A stretch of DNA of 64,000 nucleotides from Vicugna vicugna (Eukaryota), in NCBI GenBank assembly GCA_013265495.1, contig MU058423.1:3983061-4047060 (forward strand). Reading direction: 5' to 3'. A program made the position numbers and the translations under genes. The notes below the pieces were generated by a model, which was not told the DNA's origin, made no database searches, and was given only the letters and a program-made list of their open reading frames with translations. Below are positions 11,740 to 26,195 of the stretch, one piece after another. Numbering within the stretch: position 1 is the stretch's first letter; each line of letters starts with the position of its first letter.

Positions 11740-12045
11740 GCAGTGACACAGTGTGAAAACCTGGATTCAAGGCATGCATCTCTAGCCAGAAAGCTTTATG
11801 TCCTGGGTCAAGTCACTACATCACTGTGCAGCTTAATTTCTCCGCTTGTTACAAGACGGGGTCCTGGACCAGAGCCGAGCTCACAACCCTGGCTGAGTCA
11901 CCTGGCGGGTGAGGGGGGGGCTTTGTAAAAATGTCAGCACACAGTCCCACTTCCAGAAATTAGGATACCATTAGTCTGGTTTGAGCCCGGTCATGAGTAG
12001 CTTGTATAGAATCCCAGCTAAATGCAACGTGAGCCATTGGTTGCT
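11740..12045. mobile_element. MIR fragment followed by a MER5-like hAT-Charlie remnant
   Basis: tcctgggtcaagtcactacatcactgtgcagcttaatttctcc (MIR); acaaccctggctgagtcacctgg...attagtctggtttgagcccgg (MER5-like). Confidence 0.5.
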
Positions 12046-12819
12046 GATCCAGTTGGTAAGATTCTAAGATCCAGCTGGTAAGTAGTTATTTCATTATCCC
12101 CAGCTTGCTGTCTGGTCGTTTATTACAAACCAATTTATTAAACTCAGCTGCAAAACATGGTGTTACAGTGAACTCAGCGCTTTGTCTTTGACAGTTACCA
12201 AATAAAAAGGTATGTTTTCGGAGAATCGTATACAATGGAAGTATACTTCCCACAGCCTTCATACGGAAGTTGATATAATTGTTTTCTCTGATTCAAAGGG
12301 CACTTCAGACCTTGCAGTGCTTTAAAGCTGTCATGATGAAAAAGCAGCTTTTGTTTTACAGGCTGTACATGCAGAAGGTGCTTTAGGAAACCGGCCTGAA
12401 TGTGCACCTACTCAATGGCCTGATCTATAGTCACATGGTTTTTAAATTTCTGAACAAAACTCTTTCCTCCTTGTTTGGTCTAAATGTGTGGAGAACGTTG
12501 CCGGTTTGAGCCTCTGAAGTCACATGAGTCTGCAGGTGTGTTTACAGTGGATTGTGTACATTCGTTTGCTGATTTTCATATTCAAAGATGGCAAGTGCTT
12601 TATGGTCTGCATCCTCAGGGATGTGATCCGTGCACTGGCGAGCTTTTCTTTTTTGATTGCTTCTGAGAAGATAGTTTTCAAGCACCTCCCTTTGTTCTCT
12701 ACCCGGTAGGTTCAGTCTCATTTGAGATTGTACAAAATTAGTACCAGAGAAGCAAGTTGTTTTTCTTTCCTGTGCTAGAATTTAGGAAGTGGTAGCTCAT
12801 TTTGCTGAGGACTAGTTAC

Positions 12820-12950
12820 TGACTCTGCCATCTTTGGCAGGGTGACCTTTATCGATTTCTTACTCTGTGGGCCTCAGTTTTCTCATCTGTAAAATGTAAC
12901 AGAATAAATATGAAAGAGTTCTAGCACAGTGCTCATCAAACAGCAGCTCC
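12820..12950 (+). mobile_element. MIR SINE fragment
   Basis: gtgacctt...ctctgtgggcctcagttttctcatctgtaaaatg core. Confidence 0.7.
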
Positions 12951-14460
12951 TATTTATTCATCCAGTCATGGATGACTGATCCACCAATTCGTCCATCCAG
13001 ATACTAATAAATTGCTTTCTACATGTCTGACAGTGTTTCGTATGGGGAGGGTCACAAACAAGACAACTGGTTTCCAACCTCGTGGCCTTAGTGATTTAAG
13101 GAATGATCAAAACTCAGAATAACCTTATACGCTGGTTTCCATTGTAAGTTTTTTATTAACGGTTTTTGTAAATCATCTTGTTACAGATATATCGAGACTT
13201 AAACTTGTGGGTAATTAATCCAGAATAGTTATTGGGAGGTTACAGTGGCTTTGCATTTAAACTCCAGAAATGTCTTCTGTACTAGTTAAGTACTGTGGCT
13301 TATTTAGAAATTTTTTTAAAAATTATGCTTTCTAAACTAAACTATTTTCTCCTCTTTTTTTCAAGTGAGTTACTTCACTCATTAGTGTAGAAAGTGGGGT
13401 TTTATTGTAGACTGTCATGTTTTCTACATGCTCTGTGTCCACAGAATACAAATTATCCTCCACTGGCTGTCAGGAGCTTTATTTCTTTGAAGAGCTATTA
13501 GTCTAGTCTGGGTTATTATTGTAACAACGGTAATTTCTAATGCTGTGGAAGTGGCTGGACTATCTGCATTTTCATTAGAACTTCTTTCAAACAATGAGTG
13601 TAAAAATGTTCTCTGTTCAGTCTTTGCATTGAAGGGATTCATTTTCACAGCTTTTTTTCTTTTCTTTTTTTGTGGTCATCTTTTTTTCTTTCTCTTTCCT
13701 GGAAAGTTCTATAAAATTGTCTTCAAGTGAAATGAATATAAACTAGGACACTGGCCACCGAGGGGACGTTTCGGAGTGCAGGTGTAGGGCGGCGTTTTTC
13801 CTGGGGGCGGCGTGTAGAACAGTCCCGATCCTGCCACGGGACTGATGGTAAACTCGCTGCCTTTAAGTCCCTGTTGCAGCATGCGATAATAAGGGCTCAG
13901 GAACTAAGGGGAACATCCTTCGTGCTGAAAGAGGGGCCGGGGGAGGTGGCTCTAATAAGAACACGTGTTAGAAACTGTTTTCCCAGAAAAGATACAGATT
14001 ATACTTATCAGAGAGGGGGAGAGGGCAAGAGAGAAACGGGCAGCTGTCAAGTCCCGCCGTGCCGTCTGCGGCTTCTCTTACAGTGGAGCGCTTTATAGGT
14101 GCTTTTTTCTTAGACTAAAGCTTTTGAAACAGTGAGGATCCTGTGGCCTGTATCATGGGGTTTTCTTTGCTTCGTTGTCATTGACGAATACCCGAATGTT
14201 CCACTGGGAGAATTCTGTAAGCTAATTGGAACCAAAAGGCAATTATAAGCAGTAGTACTGTAATCAGTGTGCCAAAAATACATATTTTTATCTACAATTA
14301 AATTTTGTTAAATAACTTAGAAAATAGTTGTGATACTTCACCTGACAAAGCATGCGCCTACATGGTCTTTGTTGTAAGGAGTGAAAATGTTTTTACACAC
14401 ATTCTGATTAATTCACAGAAATCTCCATAAAGAAGGTAAATTAGAACTGTGGCTTTAAAT

Positions 14461-14596
14461 TTTATTTATTTATTTTTGTACGGGGAGGTAACTAGGTCTA
14501 TTTGTTTATTTATTTTTAGAGGAGGTGCTGGGGATTGAACCCAGGACCTCATGCATGCTCAGCATGTGCTCTACCATTTGAGCTATACCCTCCCCC
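14461..14596 (-). mobile_element. tRNA-derived SINE, camelid vic-1-like, long-tail form
   Basis: minus strand ggggagggtatagctcaaatggtagagc...ggttcaatccccagcacctcc with Pol III A and B boxes, (aaat)n tail, TSD at 14441-14459 / 14599-14617. Confidence 0.9.
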
Positions 14597-17500
14597 TCTT
14601 AGAACCATGGTTTTAAAGGGCCAAATTTATCATCCATCTATAGGATGGAATTTGCAGAATTAAAGTTATGTTGTCTTCCGGACTTCTGGTCTTCTACTTT
14701 AGTCCTATATGTTAGGCCAGCCTGCCTTTGGTTTAGGAGAGGCATTGGTAATTTTTAACATCTTTAAGGAAAACACATCCTTAAAGGCAGTTCAGTCCTG
14801 TTTTGGGAGAACAATCAAGAAACGAAACATTGCTTTATGTAGAAATTTTTGCCTTTTACATTTTTTTTCAACTCTTTGCCTCAAAGGAAAGAATATAAAG
14901 CCAGGAAATAAGTTGAGCTTAGGGAGATTCTCAGGAGGAGGGAACCAATTCCAACCCTTAGAGAGTCCCGCTGGAGCGGCTTTGGGAGGTGGCTCTGGAC
15001 TTGGCCACAGGCCACCCTTTGCCACCGTCGGAGCCCTCAGGACACAGGGGTAGTGAGTGCAGCCAGCTGACCGTTGTGTCAGTGTACCTTGTCCAGAACT
15101 TTTGCATCCCATGTGACTGCTGTATTTACTGTTCAAACAAGCAACCGTCAAGCGATTTTTTTTTTTTTTACAGAGGCATTTTCCTCTTTTTAACTTGGGA
15201 AAGAAGAAATGAAGGGTTCAATTGGGGAGATCCTTTTCATAGGAGAGATGTTTTCTCAAACCTTCAGTCACTGACATATTTTCCCTTCTGCCTGAAATTT
15301 CCCCTCTACCCCTGTTCTCTTTGATAAACCCTTCTTTAGCATCAGGGTCAATTTGGAAGGGTCACCTTCTCTGAACCCAACAGGCTTCTGTCATAATCAT
15401 CATACTGTACCTAACTGTGTATTCAGCCTTCCCTCCAAAAAGATAAGAACCATGGCTTTCCTCTCTAGTGCCAACTTCAGAGCTCTAATTTCCATAAAAT
15501 ATGTTATTTACAGGTTTTCAGATTCATTGTTTATTAACTCAAATTACGCTTTATGCTGTTATTTGAAAGACCATCGAAGTATTCATCCATCTTGTCAGAT
15601 TTAAATGTACCTTTATTATCGCAGACTAGTCTTAAAGCTATTTAACCTTGTGTCCTCAAAGTCTTTATAAAATGGGGATTTTAATACTTAAATGACTCAC
15701 AAGGGTGTTGTAAAAATCATAGGGAGTAAACTTGAAAGAAAATTGAAAAGGAGAAAAAGTATATTTCTGTATGATGGTTAATGATTTTGAAAGATATGCT
15801 TCATTTTCCCAAAGTGGGAAAATGGATGATTGGTTTGGTTTCTTTAAAAACTTTTCCTATTAAATATGGGGAAGGTGAAGTTTTAAGAGTCCTACTAACA
15901 CACACGGGCTCCTAGAAGACCGCTCTGCTCTCCCAGTTCTGATACCCAATTCTTGAAATTTCTTTCATTGGCTATTAAATGTTTTACTTCATAAGTAGAC
16001 ATAAAAGCACAAATGATAAATTCTGAAGGGGATGTTTGATGTAAACAGGGTAAATTCATGAGCCCTTTCTTCACAGCAGGTTTGGACCAGGAAGGTTTTA
16101 GCTGCTCAGGGAGAGTGAAGGAGGAGGGTGGGAAGGAAACAGAGAGGCAGGAATTGACAGACAGCAGACATTGCCTAGGGAACCGTGCGCTTGCCCGTGG
16201 CCTCTGGTCTGGGAACTGTTGACTTTTTGTGCTTAAGCCGCCTGTCCTGTACCCCGGACCGGACCCAGACACCCTCTGAGGTGTAAGGAGGGAGGTGAAT
16301 GGAGTGGTGTTGGCGGGCTTTTCAGCACCTCTGTCTGTAACGTTAGTTGTCCAGTCATTTCCCTATGTTAGGAGGGGACTTTCCTAATTCCATCTAGACC
16401 ACAGAAGAATATTAACTATAATAGAATTTCCTAAAACTATGTATTTCTTTCTCCTCATCTAAAAATTCAAGTGTGAGGCTGCATCACAGTCAGAGGCAAA
16501 CAGAACACAAAAGAAATGTTTTTAAAAGCAGCAGATCTCCTTTGTTAAGAAAACTGGCTCCTGATACCCAGAGACTCATGGCTTCGGGGTTGTAAACCCG
16601 AGAGTAAACGTCTCTGGGGACTGTGTTTTCCCCGCTTCAGATACCTGCTCCAGGACGTGTCTGTGAAATCCCAAACTTGGTTTTCACCGTGGCCATGACA
16701 GCTTTTGAGCCATCCTGGACTTTCCAGGATGCTCCTCAGGTGACCTTGCTTTGCGTCTGTGCTGCGTCTCACCACCTGCCCATCCCTTGTGTAAAATCAG
16801 GAGAAGCCAAGGCAGGATTGAAACTGTGGACGTTGGGGACACGAAGCTCTCTGAAGAGAGGAGAGGCCGATGTGGTACAAGTATGTCCTGTAATTATGAG
16901 ACCTTTATTCTGACAGGTGTTTACCTCAAAATATTGAGTTAAATCGGGGTCCCTAATTACAGGAAAGGAGAAAAAGGCAGAGCATGACTGTAATAGAACA
17001 AAGGAGGCCCAGGAGAGATGATTATAGAAGATAATAGACATTAGTAAAAGCCTGGAAGAAACGTTTTCCCTGGATGGCTGCCAACTGGCTCTGATTGAAT
17101 AGATCATAACCTGAGTTTGCAGGAATGTTTCTAAGTGTGCAGAGTGTACTGTGGGAACCGCCACACCTCCTGACAAAGTGGGTGAGGTCCTAATTGTTAA
17201 CTCTTAAGATGGGCATTTTTGGGTAACAGTTCTTACCGGTACCTTTCCTGTGTTGGTACAGGGCAAAATGTAGGTTATAACACACCTGCGTGAGGACACA
17301 GCTGTCTAGAAGTTCCAGCAGTGAAATACGACCTCTTCGTTTCCCAGTAGAGAGTGACAGTATTATGGAAAAAGTTCTGAGGAATTCAGTTATGGTCCTT
17401 TTTCTTCCAGTACTTTATCACCACATAAGCTATGTTCTGTCATAATTACTAAAAGTGTGTGTCAATCATGGAACACCTTCAGTGGGCCACCAATGTATAA

Positions 17501-17889
17501 TTGATTTGATACCATGAATGGTTTCATAGAGTGTGCCCCTGGGCATGCCCTTAAGGCTTTGGGGCAAATAATTTATCAAATTGTGACACATATTGAATTT
17601 TAATTATTCATGGTAACCTGAGTTCCTGAGGAATTAGTGAAGGAACGTCATTCCTAACAAGTCAACCCTAGGTACCCGGGGAGGTGGAGGGCTTCACACA
17701 CAGTTGGAGTGGAAGCCGTTAAGGACCTGAACTGTCCTTATCGTCTGTAAATAAGTACAACCGGGTGAAGTGACTGACACAGAGTAGCCCTGATTAAGAA
17801 TCTGTGAGTTGATTATTCCTTGGTAACAGTAACTGAGCAGAGAACTGTAGGGACTTGGGAAAAGTGCTCGTATAAACAAAGAACTTTGG

Positions 17890-18020
17890 TAGTAAGAGAC
17901 CCCAGAAGTCCTCGGGTCAAACCCTGCCATTTCACAGATGAGAACACGGAAGCCAAGAGAGGCTGAATGACTTACTCGGGATCTGGAAGCCGGAAGAGAA
18001 CACGGGCCTCCTGATTCTCT
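17890..18020 (-). mobile_element. MIR SINE fragment
   Basis: ccatttcacagatgagaacacggaagccaagagaggctgaatgacttactcggg. Confidence 0.65.
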
Positions 18021-21000
18021 ATGCACAACAAATGATTACCTCGTAGGTTGTTTTTTTTTTTTTTCCTGATCCAAAATGTTGTGAAAAATCTATGAAGATA
18101 ACCAAAGCAAAAGCTGATTAAGGGAAGGACATGGTCTGAGTGGGATCCCTGAAGATAGTAGCCATGTTATGCACATTTAATCTCCTAGTACCTAGCACAG
18201 TGTACCTGTTAAGAAGCCAGCACATTTTTCATTGAAGTTCTAATTCTAAGTAAATTCTTCAGAAATACCTAATGCTGCCACGAGCATGTGACCTGCATGG
18301 TGCTGTTCCTCAGAACACTTCCTTTGCGATTGCCTAAAATTAAAATCACCAAGGATAGGAAAACATTCATCAATTGTCCGCCAGGATTAGAAAAACAAAT
18401 GTCTATGTTTTGGACCTTTGCTAATCCTGAGTTATTTGTAGGGGACAGGGCAGGGGGGAGTGGGGGGGAGCTACATAGCCTCTCTCCAAATAGGATTTCT
18501 TCCAAGATGTGGTAAAAGTATTCTTCTTTCTGGGTTTTGAATTGAATAATCACTTAGGATTTGGCCTGCCTCCATCAGACTAGGTTTTGCTTGCTGAATT
18601 TATTTTCCACTTATTTGGAAGTTGTAAGGTTTCGATTAAAGGTTACAGTGTGTACAGTGTCTTACCCAGTGAGACTTAGGAGAAGAAGCCCCCGGACACC
18701 CATAACTAGAAAGCTCCCTTCCCCGCTGGAGAAATCCAGGAGCCTCACAGAGCACATCTTTTGGATAACAAGAAAAATATTCTGCAAAGTCTCATGATGT
18801 TGCTATATTCATCTCACATCTTAGTAAGTGTAGAAATACAGCTTACAGCTCTTAAGTGGGTTTTTTTTTTAGTGTACATTTCACAACTTTTTTCTCTTTT
18901 TTTGGGGGGTGGGGGGTTGATACTTTTGTCTGCCAAAATTTCAGAGATATAGTAAACATAATAGTGTGTGCACTGGAAAAGCTATCATATATAATGGGGG
19001 CCTTTGTCAAATATTTTGATGATTTGATGCAGTTATAAACCCTTACACATTGAAGATAAATTTAATTTCAAAGATCCTAGACCAAGATACATGCTTTTTT
19101 TTTTTAGAGCTATTGAGAATTCTAAGCCTATGACAGCTACTTACCTACAGATGAATGATGCCAAGAATGTGAATTTCATACAGTCTTTTGAAAAACCTCA
19201 TGTTTACTGTTTATCCATTGGCCAAAAGTTGAAGGTCTTGTTCTCTTTTGACTAAGAAATGGTAAAAGCACATGGTTTATGGTTTGGTTCTTCTGTGTAC
19301 GTGCATAAAGATCTTGGAATTCACTGTCATGAGCATTCAGTATAGCCACATGCAATCACGCTTGGCAAGTTTTCAAGGTGTTTGCTGGTGGAAAAAATGT
19401 GTATCTTAATCATATAAGGAGCAATTAGCAAAGGAAAAACGTGTGTACTTGCAAGGAAGCATTAGGACATTTGAGACACAGAAATGGTCTGAGTGGAATG
19501 TAATTATTTCCTGTTCAGGTGAAACTTGTGAGAATCTGTTAACTTGTGGCTTAGCAAGCTTGCATAAACATTGGTGGGATTAACCACAGGACTAAGCATT
19601 TCTATTTTAGTAACATGTGAATAGGCCAACTAGAAAATGAAAATTTAGAAGTAAAAAATATTGAGATTAAATGAAAAGCAATTTTGTGGAAAAAATAGAA
19701 AACAGGGTTTTTTTTTAGCATTTACCAAATGCTTCCACACACCCTAGTTCTTTCATCCTTGTACCACCCGGCGAGGCGTGTGTGGTGGATCTTGTCATCA
19801 TCCTTGTTTTACCACTGCGCTGTGCCTCCGGTTGCACAGGTTCTATAGCAGAGCTGGGAATAGAATGAGCTCTTTAGATGCCGCTTCCTGCTGTATGGTA
19901 CTGCCTTTCTCTGCTCCCAGGGACTAGCACTGATAGATACCTGTCTAACTGATGACACTGGTTCCAATGTGGCTGCAGCTATGATCGCAGAGCGCTCCTT
20001 ACAAAGCCCGGTTTCAGACAAGTTCTTTGTCATGGTCTTCTCTCCTTTCCCGGTCCTTTGGTTCCATTACGTGTACTCGCAAAGCCTGTCAGAACAATTC
20101 CAGAATCGTGCTAGCTAAAAGCTATCTATCTCTCCGGTCGATATACTAATTTGTGTATTCACCTGTATTCCCATAATTCACGGCCACCCTTCTATGTCTC
20201 TCCCTGACCCCAACCCCTACCCCAGACTGTATTTCTGACAATGAGAGAGTGACTGGCCAGGGTGACAGTTGCTCTGGCTGTTACCCATGTGTGATAAATT
20301 GCTTCGTAATCTCCACAGCACCATCAAGCATACATTTAAAGTGTTTAGGGCATTGTAACTTGGGAGAATTCTCTGTCTTTCATAAATAACCATTAATCTG
20401 TCCCTTTTACATTCAGCTTCCCACATCTGTTTCAAATTGTTCAGTGCTCTTCCAGGAGTGCATGAAAGCTCCAGTCCAGGTGGTATTAAGGGGATAAATG
20501 AGCCACAGGGAAAAGACACTGTATTTTTTTTTTAAAGCAATTCTTTCTCCTTCTTGCAAAGTTAGGAGCCAAGCAATTTACGATTAAGACTTCTGGAGGA
20601 TATTCTCTGTCACTTTAAGCCATCTTTGTCTATGAGTTTAAAAATGCAGTTTTAACTCTGCCACTCTAGCACACGTTAATGTTTCTCTCCACATAGGTAC
20701 ATTGTACATATCATTTCTACCAGCAAATTTAAATTCATTATGATTCACTGTGGATTCTTATTGAAGAAAAATGAAAAATGGTTATAACCTAAGATCAGTT
20801 AGAAATAAATGTGTGAATACGCATTTATGTTTGTGATGTTCAGGAATTTCAGAGATCACTGTCAATAATTTTAGTCTGATCCATTTTTCTAAAGGGAGCA
20901 ATTTTCTTTTCAGGAAAAAAAGGCATTATTTTATGAATTATAATTTAATATTATGTTGCTTTGTGTCTGCTCCAATATATTTAATGAATATTATATGAAT

Positions 21001-21882
21001 ATTATAGAGGTATATCATAGCTCATAACCTATTTCTCAGGTACTTTCCAAACAGAATATTTTCATAAGAATGACCCAACCTGTACTGTTAGATTTATGAA
21101 AGTCCCATCACATAATGTAGAGAATGCCCTGCAGAATAAATGCATATAAACATAGCAGTGTTTGGTACATCAGATGACACTTAACTATAAGAGAGGAGTG
21201 TTTTCCAGTTGACCTTGAAAGTGTTAAGGGACTCACAACAACAAATATGAGACTGGAGGGTAACTCAAAGAAGACTCCTGGTCTCTGGCACCTGTAATAA
21301 TAGGCGTGAAAGGAATGACAAGTTGATTACCTGACCCGGAACAAAATGCCTACACAGGAAAGTGAAGGAGGAGGAAATTCAGCTACATGTTTCTTATCAA
21401 GGTTAGTAAAAATTTCACAACATCACTGGCTTTGAAAATGCTTTATTTCATAGCTGCAATCTACACTTCCCATCCATGCGTAGGGGATTGACAGCTGCTC
21501 CGCCCAAAGACACCCCACCTACACACTACTTTGTTTTTTAATCTTCCAAATGTTGTAGGATGGCTATTCCCTTAGTAAGTGGAAAATCGTTAAATACAGC
21601 ACATATTATCTCCTGTGGCTAAAACTGACATCTCATAGAAATTAGTGAGGGAATGTAACTTTCTTCGTCTGTTAAGAGATGTTAAATTCTGTCTCACCTG
21701 TTTGTCACCTAAGGGACGCCTGTGACCATTGAGGAAGTGTAACCAGCACTGCTAGGGCATTCCATTAAGGAAAAAACAATTCAGAATGACCTTGGTAGTC
21801 TGCTTAGCGAAAGATTCTTTCTCCTGGGAGACCTCCAATAATGTTCTTGAAATGCAATGAGAAAGAACAAAATGGTTTTTGA

Positions 21883-22014
21883 TACAGTAACCATGTGTTC
21901 TGGTTTACCCATAACAATCCTGATTCATACCCTTTGTCCTGGTGTAGTTATTAATCACTACCCCATTACTCTCTAAAGATCCTGCTTTGGACGGAAAATT
22001 ATATAGTTATCCTA
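21883..22014. mobile_element. MER94-like hAT-Blackjack MITE
   Basis: gtaaccat...tgtcctggtgtagttattaat...tttggacggaaaattatatagttatccta resembles the remembered MER94 consensus over ~130 bp. Confidence 0.65.
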
Positions 22015-22942
22015 GTTTTAGGATATTTCTTATTCAACTATGGCCCCTTCATCGATTTTCTCGAATAGTTTTCAGTTCCCATCCATGCCTTTTAGGTGGA
22101 ACCCTCAGTTCTAGAAAGGAAGAAAGACAAAACAGGTGGGGCAGTCCATATACCTCCAGAAATTATATAACCTGTTCAGGTGTCTCCCGCTCTCCCGTTC
22201 CTCGTGGCCTCTCTTGCTGTCTGCGGTGTGCGGCATTCCCCAACGTGCACTCCTTGTACAAACACCAGGGGTGGGGCCAGCAGAGGCATTCTAAGAGTAA
22301 TTTCATATAGAAATGGCAGCCTAATGCTTCTCAGCACTTGTCTGTGTAAAGACAAAGTGTGACATATTTTATTCTTTTCAATGAAGAAGAATTTAAGGTC
22401 ACACTGCTCCTTGACATGGGACTATCAGATTGAGAAATGCCTCAGATAACAAATATTAAGTGCTTGCTATGCGTATGACATTCTGTTATAAAAAGTGATG
22501 AAGACGCTGTCCCAGGTCTCAGATAATTCACAGTCTAGTCCTGCAGGAGACCACGTAATCACCTCACGTGGCACATGAACTAACAGTATGTGAAGGGGCA
22601 GTGGAACACAGGGTGCGATGAAGTCTGGATCTGCAGACTGAGGAGTATTTTCCAGAAGATATGATAGAGGCAGTAACATGTGACCCGAGTTTGGCAGAGA
22701 AGTGAAGTATTGGCCTGTAGGAGGGGGCCTGCAGCACCTTTGTTTTGGGGAGATAGGCGCTGTTACAGTGGCTGACATACACTGTCACAGAGCATCACTC
22801 CTTCCTCTGAACTCTGCATTCCATAGGATAAGACCTTTTATTCTTTTTCTGATTTTTGGATGACAAACAGGAGGTGACAGTTTACCATTCATATAACAGC
22901 CATCGTTTTCCAATTTGTTGACACATCTTCCAATATAGTTTT

Positions 22943-25001
22943 TTTTAATTGAAGTACCTTCAGTTACAGTGTGTCCATTTCTGGTGTACAGCACAATGTC
23001 CCAGTCATGCATATGCCTATGTATGTTTATTTTCATATTCTTTTTCATTAAAGGTTATTACAAGTTACTGAACATAGTTCCCTGTGCTATACAGCAGAAA
23101 CTTTTAATCTATTTTTATATATAGTGGCTATTTGTAAATCTCAAACTCCCAAATTTATCCCTTCCCACCCCCCCTACCCCAGTAACCTTAAGATTGTTTA
23201 CTATGTCTGCTAGTCTGTTTTGTAGATGAGTTCATAGTGTCCTTGTCCTTTCTTTTTTTTAGATTCCAGATATGAGTGATATCATATGGTATTTTTCTTT
23301 CTCTTTCTGGCTTACTTTACTTAGAATGATGATCTCTTGGCCTATCCATGTTGCTGCAAATGGCATTATTTTATTTTTTTTTATGGCTGAGTATTATTCC
23401 ATTGTATAAATATACCACAACTTCTTTATCCAGTCACCTGTCAATGGACATTTAGGTTGCTTCCATGTCTCGGCTATTGTAAATAGTGCTGCTGTGAACA
23501 TTGGGGTGCATGTCTCTTTGAATTAAGGTTCCCTCCGGATATATGCCCAGGAATGGGACTGCTGGATCATATGGTAAGTCTATTTTTAGTTTTTTGAGGA
23601 ATCTCCATACTGTTTTCCATAATGGCTGCACCAAACTACATTCCCACCAGCAGTGTAGGAGGGTTCCCTTGTCTCCACACCTTCTCCAGCATTTATTGTT
23701 TGTGGACTTTTGAATGATGGCCATTCTGACGGGTGTGAGGTGACACCTCATTGTAGTTTTGATTTGCATTTCTCTGATAATTAGGGATATTGAGCATTTT
23801 TTCCTGTGCCTATGGGACATTTGTATGTCTTCACTGGAGAAGTCTTGTTTAGGTCTTCTGCCTGACATTGGATTGTGTTGTTTGTTTTGTTAAGTTGTAT
23901 GAGTTGTTTATATATTCTGGAAATGAAGCCCTTGTCAGACTCATCTTTTGCAAATATTTTCTCTCATTCCATAGGTTGTCTTTTGTTTTGCCTATGGTTT
24001 CCCCAGCTCTGCAAAAGCTTATACATTTAATTAGGTCTCAGTTGTTTATTTTTGCTCTTATTCCTATTGTCTGAGACCGCCTTAGGAGAACATTGCTAAG
24101 ATTTATGTCAGAGAATGTTTTCTTCTAGGAGGTTTATCGTGTCTTGTCTTATATTTAAGTCTTTAAGCTATTTTGAGTTTATTTTTGTGTATAGAGTGAG
24201 GGAGTGTTCTAACTTCATTGATGTACATGCTGCTGTCCAGTTTTCCCAATACCACTTGCTAAAGAGACTGTCTTTTCTCCCTTGTATATTCTTGCCTCCT
24301 TTATCGAAGATTAATTGACCATAGGTTTGTGGGTTTATTGCTGGGCTCTGTATTCTGTTCCATTGATCCACATGTCTGTTTTTATGTCAATACTACACTG
24401 TTTTGATTACTGTAGCTCTGTAGTATTGTCTGAAGTGTGGGAGGGTTATTCCTCCAGCTTTGTTCTTTTTCTTCAGTATTTCTTTGGCAATTCTGGGTCT
24501 TTTGTGATTCCATATAAATTTTAGGATTGTTTATTCTAGTTCTGTGAAAAATGTCATGGGTAATTTGATAGGGATTGCATTAAAACTCTATATTGCCTTG
24601 GGTGGTAGGGCCATTTTAACAATGCTGATTCTTCCAATCCAAGAACGTGGGATATCTTTCCATTTCTTTAAATCATCTTTAATTTCCTTAACCAACATTT
24701 TGTTCTCCATGTAAAAGTGTTTCGCCTTCTTGGTTAGATAAATTCCCAAGTATTTTATTATTTTGGATGCAATTTTAAAAGGGATTGTTTCGTTACTTTC
24801 TTTTCCTGCAAATTCAATTTTAGTGTAAAAAAATGCAACTGATTTTTGTATGTTAATCTTGTATCCTGCTACTTTGCCTAATTCTTTTATTAGCTCTAGT
24901 AGTTTTCATGTGGCGCTTTTAGGGTTTTCAATATATAGCATCATGTCATCCCCATATAGTGACAATTTTACCTCTTCTCTTCCAATTTGGATTCCTTTTA
25001 T
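22943..25001 (-). mobile_element. 5'-truncated lineage-specific LINE-1 (~2.06 kb; ORF2 C-terminus and 3' UTR)
   Basis: ORFs 23452..23868 ([20 protein letters not shown]...HCWWEC) and 24168..24371 (DQWNRIQSP...QLIFDKG); TSD ttccaatatagtttt 22928-22942 / ttccagtacagtttt 25002-25016. Confidence 0.95.
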
Positions 25002-26039
25002 TTCCAGTACAGTTTTAAAAAACCATTATAAAGCTCTTGCTTAGGCCTTTCCCCTGAAAAAACAGACTTAGCTCCTTTAACACACTCTCAGAGGCTTTAT
25101 TTTACTTTTTAAAGACAATCACCCTTATCGTCTTCTCTTCTGAGCCCCCATCAGTATATGCTTCTCACCGCCCCCTTATATTTTGTACTCAGGTAGCATT
25201 GCAGTATTACATATTTATATATAAAGGTCTACTAGTCATATAGTCCCCAAATATTACATTTGTTTACTTGTATCTCAGTGCCATGCTTAAAATAAAGCAC
25301 CAAAAAGCACTCGGTAAGTAGCTGAATGAAGGAAGCACTTCAGCACTTCATTCAACCCTCAGAGTTACTGTGCTGCCATCACACTAGCCTGAGTCTCCTC
25401 CTCCTGGTGGTGCCCTCCTGCCTTCTTAGTTACACTAACTTCTGTAAGTTGTTTATTGTCTCCTCACTGCATGTTCTCCCATGACAGTGTTGCTCGTACG
25501 ATTTCAAATTTCCCCTCTGTGTGATTGTCGTCTAAGCCTGTTATCTTTGGACAGATTGTGCAGTCACCTCCGTCCTTGACTTTTCCCCCATTCTTTAACT
25601 CTCATAGACTTCTCTTCCCATATCTAATCCACAGGCAAGTCCCAAACACCACAGTGAAATGTCACCTGTAGCAAATAGTTCCCTTTAAATGGGGTCTAAT
25701 AATGGACAACACATCGCCATCTTTGTTAAAACCCAGCACATTTTACATTCACGTGCTCCCCTCTTCCATGTAGCCTTCTGGCAAACCCCCAATACTTCCT
25801 AATTTCCACAGCCTCTCTTCTGTACCGCTCTAACAGCTTTTAGGCCTTTCTGCTTGGTATTATATGCATACAAAGCTTGTGAAAATGTAGGGGGAAACAA
25901 GAACTGTTTTTATAAATGTTTGCGTTTTTTTTTTCAGTGTCTAAATGAACACTAGTGTATTTGTTGGATAAATGAGGGAATATTCTGCTCAATTCTTGCC
26001 AAAATTAGTATCTTCTCCTTGCTTGGTTACTGAACTGAT

Positions 26040-26195
26040 CTCCCTGGATTCGACCCTGACCCTGCCCTTTCCTCCTCTTTTCCTCTCACCTCTGACTCTG
26101 CCACCTTTTCTGCTCCACTGCCCCTCCCTTTCCCATTCTCCCTTCCCCCATCTTCCCTTTTTCCTTCTCTTCATCTTCATCCTCATCAGTCTTTA
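26040..26195 (+). repeat. Low-complexity polypyrimidine (CT-rich) tract
   Basis: ~150 nt dominated by C and T. Confidence 0.7.

Noticed and set aside
14520..14596. tRNA gene
   Set aside because: tRNA-like head with A-rich tail and TSD marks it as a SINE; the same holds for 31809-31897.
20984..21005. Short tandem duplication atgaatattat x2 and small (ta)n/(ct)n runs elsewhere
   Set aside because: Ordinary slippage products expected in AT-rich intron.
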